This document shows positions 7,853-14,045 of a stretch of DNA of 14,045 nucleotides, piece after piece. Origin of the DNA: Candidatus Bathyarchaeum sp. (lineage in GTDB: Archaea; Thermoproteota; Bathyarchaeia; Bathyarchaeales; Bathyarchaeaceae). The stretch spans positions 1 to 14,045 of the forward strand of contig JAOZIF010000148.1 in NCBI GenBank assembly GCA_026014495.1, written 5' to 3'. The notes beneath the pieces were generated by a model. That model worked only from the letters and a program-made list of their open reading frames with translations. It was not told where the DNA came from and searched no databases. The position numbers were made by a program, and so were the translations under genes. Numbering within the stretch: position 1 is the first letter of the stretch; the number at the start of each line of letters is the position of its first letter.

Positions 7853-8230
7853 ATGTATAGCGAAAAAGTTATGGACCATTTCAGTAAACCACGAAACGTA
7901 GGCGAAATAAAAGACGCAGACGGAGTTGGAACCGTAGGCAACCCTGTCTGCGGCGACCTCATGACCATGTACATCAAAGTAAAAGACAACAAACTAGTTG
8001 ACGTAAAATTCAAGACATTTGGCTGCGGAGCAGCAATAGCCACAAGCAGCATGACCACCGAACTTGCAATCGGGAAGACCATTGAAGAAGCACTAAAAAT
8101 TAGCCGCGCCGAAGTAGCAGAAAACCTTGGAGGTCTTCCTCCCATCAAAATGCACTGCTCTAACCTAGCCGCCGACGCATTGCACGAAGCAATCAAAGAC
8201 TACCAAAAGAAACAAAAAGCAAAGCCATAG
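7853..8230 (+). CDS. iscU: Fe-S cluster scaffold IscU/NifU-N
   Basis: YSEKVMDHF..PRNVG, GNPVCGD, FKTFGCGAAIA and LPPIKMHCSNLA, with all three Cys, the Asp and the His present. The GAGGTGA ribosome-binding site at 7837-7843 includes the iscS stop codon. Confidence 0.95.
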   Translation: MYSEKVMDHFSKPRNVGEIKDADGVGTVGNPVCGDLMTMYIKVKDNKLVDVKFKTFGCGAAIATSSMTTELAIGKTIEEALKISRAEVAENLGGLPPIKMHCSNLAADALHEAIKDYQKKQKAKP

Positions 8231-8258
8231 CGTTCTTGTTTAGCTAATTTCTCTTTTC

Positions 8259-8293
8259 TATTAGACGCCTAATAGAGGTTCATTGTTGAAAAC
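8259..8293 (+). repeat. Dispersed 35-bp element, copy 1
   Basis: TATTAG-acgc-CTAATA-GAGGTTCATTGTTGAAAAC; 30/35 identical to copy 2 and 31/35 to copy 3, without gaps. Confidence 0.85.
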
Positions 8294-8397
8294 AGTGTTT
8301 TTTGAGGAAATTCTATGAACGACTGTTTTTTGTGTGCAGTTGTGACTTTTTTAGTGTTGTTATGATTTTTCTGGTTTTTACTGTTTGTTTTTGCATG

Positions 8398-9471
8398 TTA
8401 GTATTGTAGCTTGCCCAATCTCTGTCGAAAATGCTTGTGAATAAACCTCAAAACTGATATTAAGATGGAATTGCTTCCGACAATAACTGTTGTTCTTTTT
8501 TTAATTGTTGGATTCCAGATTTTGTCACCAGGAAGATTTGTAATGAAATCTATTTTGTTTACGTTTTTCTTTTTGAAAATGTTGTGAGTTATTTCTTTAG
8601 ATAAGAAATTACCTGGAGCATACTTTTTGAACTTTGAATTGTATGACGTTTTTACAAAAAAGGCTGTGCCGTTGTAGTTGAAAACCAACAAATAAGCAAT
8701 TGCTTGACCCTTTACTTCTAAAAACCAAACTTCAGGTTTGTATATTGGTTCAATCTTTGCATTTGCTTTAGCTGCAGTCAAAAAATTATACAGTTCATCT
8801 TCTTTTTGTTCTCCGTTTTGTTCTCGCAAGTTGTTCTTCCAGCTCACTTTTTCAATAGCAAAAATTCTGTCAATTGATTTAGAGTTCAGTTCATCACCAT
8901 AGATTTTCCATGTTCCCAATTCGCTGAGTTTGTGTTGTCTCCTGCGAAATTCTTTGCGAACTTTACCCTTTAATGAGCTGTAAAACTGTTCCCACTCTGA
9001 TTCTACTTGAATTATGGTTCTTCCCATAATTGGCGCTTTCAAGAGATGAAGTCCTTTTTGCCGACAAACTTTTTCTAATGTTTTTAGATTAGACTCACTT
9101 TGGAACGTGATGGCAATTATTCTGAATTTTAATCTGTTAAACAAAAACTCGACCATTTGAGTTATACACTCTTCACGGTATTCTTTGGAAATAACAAAGT
9201 CTGAATACACAACATTGCTCAGGTTACACACATACTTAACATGGAACATCTTTTGTATTGCCAACGGAACCAGTCCTACAAGTCTGTCTTCAACCCAGAA
9301 AGTTAACACCAAAGGACTCCCGCCCCTGTTTGAAGCATAACTCATTTCATTGCTAACTAAGCGACTGTACAAAAATGGGTTCTCGCCAGAAATCTCCAGC
9401 GCACGATTCCATTTGCTCTCTACTTCCGTGACCTCGTTGCAGTTAGTGATTACTTTTGTGGAGATTTCCAT
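8398..9471 (-). CDS. GNAT-family acetyltransferase, CelD/BcsL-like (tandem GNAT fold)
   Basis: 357 aa with LVGLVPL, YSDFV, RKEFRRRQHKLSELG, IEKVSWK, IAYLLVFNY and Y...F.KYAPGNFL..IDF patterns typical of this family. The gene is AT-richer than its neighbours. Confidence 0.72.
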   Translation of the reverse strand: MEISTKVITNCNEVTEVESKWNRALEISGENPFLYSRLVSNEMSYASNRGGSPLVLTFWVEDRLVGLVPLAIQKMFHVKYVCNLSNVVYSDFVISKEYREECITQMVEFLFNRLKFRIIAITFQSESNLKTLEKVCRQKGLHLLKAPIMGRTIIQVESEWEQFYSSLKGKVRKEFRRRQHKLSELGTWKIYGDELNSKSIDRIFAIEKVSWKNNLREQNGEQKEDELYNFLTAAKANAKIEPIYKPEVWFLEVKGQAIAYLLVFNYNGTAFFVKTSYNSKFKKYAPGNFLSKEITHNIFKKKNVNKIDFITNLPGDKIWNPTIKKRTTVIVGSNSILISVLRFIHKHFRQRLGKLQY

Positions 9472-9567
9472 TTCATTAAAACGTATACTGTTATCTGTTT
9501 ATTTCTTTTTTCATTTTTTGTAAGAAATGTGTTGTTACTTGTAGTTTATTCACACTTCTGTGCGGTA

Positions 9568-9602
9568 TATTAGGAGTCTAATAGCAGTTCATTGTTGAAA
9601 AC
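9568..9602 (+). repeat. Dispersed 35-bp element, copy 2
   Basis: TATTAG-gagt-CTAATA-GCAGTTCATTGTTGAAAAC, a direct repeat of copy 1. Confidence 0.85.
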
Positions 9603-9724
9603 TAGCTTTTTCGTGAAAAATTTCTGCACCGCACACGTTCACTACCAAAAGTTCACACATCTTAGCACATAAAAAATAGAACAACACATTCTTTGGAAAA
9701 CATGGATGCACACGTGCTATTGGT

Positions 9725-10378
9725 CTATGCTTGAAATGCCGAAGGACAAAGCTTGTTTAGGCTGCACCTGTCACATTTTGGTTTTCTTGCTGTGCAAACG
9801 TTTCGTCCATGAAATATCAACAGGTTGGTGATTTTTTTCCAGTGGCTCTTTGGAACAATCTCCATAAGGTCTGCTTCAATCTTGTCGGGGTTCGTGTTTT
9901 GTGTTAGTCCAAGTCTTTTGGAGAGTCTACGAACATGGGTGTCCACTGCTATTCCAACAATTACTCCGTACGCGTTTGATAACACTATGTTGGCTGTTTT
10001 TCGGGCAACCCCCGGCAACTCAACCAACTCCTCCATTGTACTTGGAACTTTAGAATCATATTTTTCGACAAGAAGTCGACCAGCATTTTTGAGGTTCTTA
10101 GCCTTGTTTCGGTAAAAGCCCGTGGACCTGATGTCCTCTTGAAGCTCCACTAAATCTGCGTTGGCGTAATCCTTTGCAGTTTGGTACTTCTTGAAAAGAG
10201 ATTTTGTGACAATATTCACCTGTTTGTCTGTGCATTGCGCAGAAAGAATCGTGGCCACCAAAATTTCCAGCGGATTATGGTAATGCAACGCAGTTTTAGC
10301 ATCTGGATACTCCTTTTCTAATAACTCAATAATTTTCAGTACTGTTTCTTTTTTTTCGGGTTCTGTTTTAGTTTCCAT
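9725..10378 (-). CDS. nth: Endonuclease III (HhH-GPD DNA glycosylase/AP lyase with a [4Fe-4S] cluster)
   Basis: LVATILSAQCTD, HhH motif LPGVARKTANIVL, AVDTHV and C-X6-C-X2-C-X5-C (CTARKPKCDRCSLNKLC). The ATG at 10378 follows GAGGTGA, so the track's GTG start at 10387 is probably part of the ribosome-binding site. Confidence 0.95.
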   Translation of the reverse strand: METKTEPEKKETVLKIIELLEKEYPDAKTALHYHNPLEILVATILSAQCTDKQVNIVTKSLFKKYQTAKDYANADLVELQEDIRSTGFYRNKAKNLKNAGRLLVEKYDSKVPSTMEELVELPGVARKTANIVLSNAYGVIVGIAVDTHVRRLSKRLGLTQNTNPDKIEADLMEIVPKSHWKKITNLLIFHGRNVCTARKPKCDRCSLNKLCPSAFQA

Positions 10379-12110
10379 GCACTTCACCTCTAATTACTTC
10401 AGCAACCTTTTCTGGGTCTTCGACAGACTTGCAGATTCCCCCAAAGCACACATACGCAGTAGGCACATCTGTAACTGGATACCTAAGACCTTTTAATCTG
10501 TCTTTTTCATGTTCTGGGTCCAATACTTCAACAACCTTCAACGGATTGTATGCTTTGAGGCTCTCGTTAAGAAACCGAGATGTCACCCCATCTTTTCTTG
10601 AACCAACTATGTGTATTTGCATGGAATGAAGATGCATCTCAACCGCTAAACCATAAACGGCACCCATTAGACCGTGCCGCTGATAATTTGAAGCAAAAAA
10701 CTCCAGTGTTTTCTTGGCAGCGTCAAAATATTTCTGATTTCCCGTTAAACTGTACAACCTCAACAAAACGTCAACTGCTACGCTGTTTTCTTCCAAAGGC
10801 TTATCTAACAATTTCAAAGCCCCAAACGCGCCACTTTCTTCAAGCCTATCATGGAAGCCTCCATTGCTGTCCCAAAGATTGCCCAGCATAAACTCTGCAA
10901 GCTGCTCTGCTTTATCCAAAAACTTTCGTTCCAAACTAACTTGGTAACAATCTATCAAACACTTAGTCATGTAAACTTGGTCTGCTAGAAGCCCAGAAAG
11001 ATGGCTTTTGCCTTCAAGGATGTAGTGACTCATTGCTTTGTTGGAGTTGAATGCTCTCTCCAGTAGCGACTCAACAGTTCGCAGAGCAAACTTCTGGTAT
11101 GACGACTCCTCAAGAACCACTGACGCTAACAGATAAGCTGAAACCATCATGGCATTCCAGTTAACAAAAATTGTCGTATCTATTTTGGGAGGTGTTTTGT
11201 TTTTTCGCTCCTTTAGACTAAGCTTGTAGTAAACTTCGTCAGCATCTTGACTACCATAAAAGCCGCCATTTTTCTGGTCACTAAGCTTAGCATTAATGTA
11301 TGCTAATATTCCCTTGGATGTGTCCTTGAATGATTGCTCTCCCGTAACCTGATACGCTTCCAGATAATTAACTAAAAGTTTAGCGTTGTCTTCACACATC
11401 TTTTCATAGTGGGGTATGCTCCAGTCACGAGTCGTAGAATAACGAAAAAAGCCCCCCTCTTCTGTGTCGTAAATGCCACCCGACTCCATTGCCGTCAAAG
11501 TTTTCTTTACTATAGATAACGCTGCAGGTTTCCCTTCAAGATGATGTATCAAAAGAGCAAGTCTCAATGCCTCGCTGTGCGGAAACTTTGGTGCAACACC
11601 AAACCCCCCATAAACAGAGTCAAACCGCGAAGCAACCTCCAACGTCAACGCATCAACAACTGACTGGAAAACATCGCTGCCCAAAACAGGCGACACTTGA
11701 GGTTTTAGCATCTTTTGTTGCAGTTCCGTTATTCTGGATTTGAGATTGCCTTTCTCTTTTTGGTACGTTAGGCTTACATGCTCAAGCAAAACCATCATCT
11801 GCTGCGGAGGAATATACGTACCACCAGTTAACACCTCCCCGTCAGGAGTCAAAAAGGCGGTGCTTGGCCAACCTCCCATATTATATCTTTTATCGATGTC
11901 TGGCCGCTGGTCTCGATCCACTCTTATTGGCACAAACAGTTCTTCAACAAGCCGCGCAACCTCACTGTCTGAATATGTTGTCTCATCCATAACATGACAC
12001 CAGTGACACCAAACAGCACTTATGCCCAAAAGAATCGGCTTATCCTGCTCTATTGCCTTCCGGAAAGACTCTTTGTTCCATGGCAGCCATGAAACTTTGG
12101 TTTTTGTCAT
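10368..12110 (-). CDS. DUF255/YyaL (SSP411/SPATA20-like) protein: thioredoxin-like domain plus six-hairpin glycosidase-like barrel
   Basis: WLPWNKESF..A...DKPILLGIS..WCHWCHVMDETTY, RVDRDQRPDID..Y..GGWP..AFLTPDG, FD..YGGFG.APKFP, GGFFRYST..DWSIPHYEKM..DNA and NWNAMM motifs; 580 aa; overlaps the nth start by 11 nt. Confidence 0.88.
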   Translation of the reverse strand: MTKTKVSWLPWNKESFRKAIEQDKPILLGISAVWCHWCHVMDETTYSDSEVARLVEELFVPIRVDRDQRPDIDKRYNMGGWPSTAFLTPDGEVLTGGTYIPPQQMMVLLEHVSLTYQKEKGNLKSRITELQQKMLKPQVSPVLGSDVFQSVVDALTLEVASRFDSVYGGFGVAPKFPHSEALRLALLIHHLEGKPAALSIVKKTLTAMESGGIYDTEEGGFFRYSTTRDWSIPHYEKMCEDNAKLLVNYLEAYQVTGEQSFKDTSKGILAYINAKLSDQKNGGFYGSQDADEVYYKLSLKERKNKTPPKIDTTIFVNWNAMMVSAYLLASVVLEESSYQKFALRTVESLLERAFNSNKAMSHYILEGKSHLSGLLADQVYMTKCLIDCYQVSLERKFLDKAEQLAEFMLGNLWDSNGGFHDRLEESGAFGALKLLDKPLEENSVAVDVLLRLYSLTGNQKYFDAAKKTLEFFASNYQRHGLMGAVYGLAVEMHLHSMQIHIVGSRKDGVTSRFLNESLKAYNPLKVVEVLDPEHEKDRLKGLRYPVTDVPTAYVCFGGICKSVEDPEKVAEVIRGEVHGN

Positions 12111-12253
12111 GAAAAGACCTACTTTTCTAAAAAACTTGCTATGACCTAAGCAATTTTTTGGCTAAATACTTTGAGTAATCACACCTTTTTTTGATACAAT
12201 TCTACAGGCACCAAAAAATGGGGGCCTAGGAGATGTTTCATTCGTAGCCTGCA

Positions 12254-12685
12254 TCAGATTAACAGGTTTATATCCGCGTCTGCAGCTATGTCTAAGAACG
12301 CTGCAGCACCTGCGATTTGGTCCACCTCAGGGATTAATGTATCCTTTGTTACTCCAAACATCTCCATGGTAGGACTGCACGCATAGATTCTCACATTTCC
12401 CGTAGCCTTCATCCGTTTAAGCATCTCATATGGTGTGGGATATTTCATTTCTTTGAGTTTTGTTTTCAACATCTCTTCATGTTGCTTGTATGTTGCGGGG
12501 AGTCCAGCCTGTTCCATGGCTCCCTTTTTGAGCATGTTAAGTCCCCAGAAAGTAAAGTATAGATGTACTTCCATGTCCATAGCTGCTGCCGTGGAGCCTA
12601 ATGTGAATGCACATAGGAGTTTGTCTATGGTGCCGCTGTGGACGACTAGTGCAACCTTCTTTTTTTCGGGCATAAAAATTTCCAT
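12254..12685 (-). CDS. DsrE/DsrF/DrsH-like (DsrE2/COG2210-type) sulfur-carrier or peroxiredoxin-like protein
   Basis: VALVVHSGTIDK, AAAMDMEVHLYFTFWGL, IYACSPTMEMFG and AGAAAFL motifs with the conserved Cys. The true start may be the ATG at 12673. Confidence 0.82.
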   Translation of the reverse strand: MEIFMPEKKKVALVVHSGTIDKLLCAFTLGSTAAAMDMEVHLYFTFWGLNMLKKGAMEQAGLPATYKQHEEMLKTKLKEMKYPTPYEMLKRMKATGNVRIYACSPTMEMFGVTKDTLIPEVDQIAGAAAFLDIAADADINLLI

Positions 12686-12707
12686 CCTTTACGGTAAATT
12701 AATAATA

Positions 12708-12724
12708 CTATAACGCTGTTATAA
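12708..12724. promoter_or_regulatory. Palindromic operator candidate CTATAAC-gct-GTTATAA overlapping the dsrE TATA box
   Basis: Same 6-3-6 palindrome and flanking bases as 6332-6348. On the minus strand it overlaps AAAAAATTTATAA, a BRE/TATA-like sequence. Confidence 0.6.
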
Positions 12725-12796
12725 ATTTTTTGTAGCTGTGTTTTTTGTGTTGTTTTATGTCTTTGTTTGTTGCTCCATAACGCTTATAACGAACAA

Positions 12797-12812
12797 ATGA
12801 ATATATATTCAT
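12797..12812. promoter_or_regulatory. Perfect 16-bp palindrome ATGAATATATATTCAT, an ArsR/SmtB-like operator candidate
   Basis: Exactly self-complementary, with a TGAA-N6-TTCA core. It lies 7 nt after TTATAA (12784-12789). Confidence 0.5.
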
Positions 12813-12979
12813 ATGAAGTTTATCTCAAAAGTGTGGTGAACCAAACGAAAAAAGGAAAACAAGACATGATAAAAACCGTCATCAAAAACAATAAACAATC
12901 AAACACAAACTTCATTGCCTACAATCAACTAACAGAACCATGGTACCTTCTTAGAAGCTAAAACAGGAAATCGAACATT

Positions 12980-13708
12980 ATGGTTTTAAGAAACATCGTA
13001 AAAATTGACGAAAAAAAATGCAACGGGTGCGGAGTATGCATACCCGCATGTGCTGAAGGCGCCATCCAAATAATTGACGGAAAAGCCAGACTAGTCAAAG
13101 ACATATACTGCGACGGTCTAGGCGCCTGCCTAGGAAAATGCCCCCAAGACGCCATAACAATCATACAAAGAGAAGCCCAAGAATTCGACGAAAAAGCAGC
13201 AGAAAAACACGTGAAACAAACCAGATCCACAGCTTCACTTGTCTGCCCTACTCCTACTGCATGTCCTTCAGTAAAAGCGATGCAATTCCCAGAAGAATCC
13301 ACCGAAAAATCAGCCTCAATGGTTACCGAAAACAGGAAAACAAGACTGACCACATGGCCTGTTCAGCTAAAACTGATGCCGCCTAATGCTCCTTTCTTGA
13401 AGAATGCTGATTTGCTGGTGACTGCTGATTGTGTGCCTTTTGCGTACGCAGATTTTCATGAGGACATGTTGAATAACAGGGTTCTTGCTGTTGGGTGCCC
13501 TAAACTTGATGATGCTAGCCTCTACAGGAACAAGTTGGCTGAGATATTTCGCACAGCGGACATCAGAAGCGTTACAGTGGTGAACATGGAGGTTCCTTGC
13601 TGTTTTGGTTTGAAGCGTTTGGTTCAAGAAGCTATGGAACTTTCAGGAAAGAAGGTTCCATTGAGGCAAGAAACAATCAGCATTAAAGGAGAAAAATTAG
13701 CCAAATAG
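12980..13708 (+). CDS. Fe-S protein: N-terminal 2x[4Fe-4S] ferredoxin domain plus a conserved Cys-containing C-terminal domain
   Basis: CNGCGVCIPAC and CDGLGACLGKCP motifs, a linker with two CP dipeptides, then WPVQL..ADCVPFAY..GCPKLDD..MEVPCC. Resembles the ferredoxin-like proteins often encoded with the hybrid-cluster protein in anaerobes. Confidence 0.75.
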   Translation: MVLRNIVKIDEKKCNGCGVCIPACAEGAIQIIDGKARLVKDIYCDGLGACLGKCPQDAITIIQREAQEFDEKAAEKHVKQTRSTASLVCPTPTACPSVKAMQFPEESTEKSASMVTENRKTRLTTWPVQLKLMPPNAPFLKNADLLVTADCVPFAYADFHEDMLNNRVLAVGCPKLDDASLYRNKLAEIFRTADIRSVTVVNMEVPCCFGLKRLVQEAMELSGKKVPLRQETISIKGEKLAK

Positions 13709-13711
13709 GAG

Positions 13712-13960
13712 ATGAAAAATAGTTTGGAATGCTCAAATGCAGAATCGTGCCCAGGAATCAAAAAGTTTCTTCGACCAAAGCCAGAATATATTCAGTGCCC
13801 AAACTGTGCTGGAAACGTGGAAATTTGGAGCGACGAAGATACTGCTGTTTGTGATATCTGCGGTAAAGAAGTTGGCAGGTCTGAAAAAGAAAAGTCCTGT
13901 TTAGACTGGTGTGAATACGCCGACAAATGTAGGGCAATAATAAGCAGCAAGAAGCACTAA
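13712..13960 (+). CDS. Small Cys-rich putative metal-binding (zinc-ribbon-like) protein
   Basis: 82 aa with 9 Cys: CPG, CPNC..VEIWSDE..CDIC and CLDWC-X5-C. Starts 3 nt after the upstream gene's stop codon. Confidence 0.7.
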   Translation: MKNSLECSNAESCPGIKKFLRPKPEYIQCPNCAGNVEIWSDEDTAVCDICGKEVGRSEKEKSCLDWCEYADKCRAIISSKKH

Positions 13961-14006
13961 GCATTTGCTCTTTTTGGTGCTTTTCCCTTTTTTCTGAAAA
14001 AACCTA

Positions 14007-14041
14007 GTTTTCAACAATGTACCTCTATTAGTCTCCTAATA
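14007..14041 (-). repeat. Dispersed 35-bp element, copy 3 (inverted relative to copies 1 and 2)
   Basis: The minus strand reads TATTAG-gaga-CTAATA-GAGGTACATTGTTGAAAAC, followed by TAGGTTTTT (copy 2 has TAGCTTTTT). Confidence 0.85.
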
Positions 14042-14045
14042 TGGA

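Noticed and set aside
8259-9602. 35-bp repeats read as a CRISPR array or as integron attC sites
   Set aside because: The length and GTTGAAAAC end resemble CRISPR repeats, but the copies are more than 1.2 kb apart with one inverted, and there are no spacers or cas genes. They also lack the paired RYYYAAC/GTTRRRY boxes and long imperfect stem of attC.
9559-9635. 8-bp inverted repeat TGTGCGGT/ACCGCACA around repeat copy 2, resembling MITE terminal repeats
   Set aside because: It is not present around copy 1, there is no target-site duplication, and a single 8-bp match can arise by chance.
12767-12961. 64-aa ORF in the dsrE / Fe-S gene intergenic region
   Set aside because: It is low-complexity N/K/Q/T sequence produced by the A/C-rich patch, has no motif, and overlaps promoter-like elements. 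A short leader peptide from the ATG near 12866 cannot be excluded.
306-13964. Remaining antisense or alternate-frame ORFs in the track (for example 306-503, 1575-1805, 2545-2808, 5130-6329, 7762-8196, 9825-10115, 10429-10891, 11740-11997, 12435-12713, 12958-13627, 13758-13964)
   Set aside because: All lie within well-supported genes on the opposite strand or in another frame and show no protein motifs, so they are treated as shadow ORFs.

Overview
Archaeal chromosomal window. The origin is inferred from the archaeal-type initiator tRNA, the Fwd genes and TATA-type promoters, and Bathyarchaeia is a plausible but unproven source. The left part holds a formylmethanofuran dehydrogenase operon on the minus strand (fwdD-fwdB-fwdA, with fwdA running off the edge), Mo/W-bisPGD maturation genes (fdhD and a long mobA), initiator tRNA-Met and a malic enzyme. 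The middle holds tusA-iscS-iscU, an AT-rich double-GNAT gene, and a DUF255/YyaL gene coupled to nth. The right part holds a DsrE-family gene, a ferredoxin-domain Fe-S protein and a small Cys-rich protein. The main signals are these. (1) The IscS has Asp in place of the PLP Schiff-base Lys (SSNDMYGPKG) but keeps its catalytic-loop Cys, and it sits with TusA and near FdhD and DsrE, which suggests a sulfur relay without a normal desulfurase. (2) The same palindrome, CTATAAC-N3-GTTATAA, lies at both the tusA and dsrE promoters. (3) An unannotated 35-bp element (hairpin plus conserved tail) occurs three times, always downstream of a gene in the same relative orientation, and two copies bracket the AT-rich GNAT gene. 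(4) A perfect 16-bp ArsR/SmtB-like palindrome. (5) Short patches of A/C versus G/T skew, one of which switches inside a gene.
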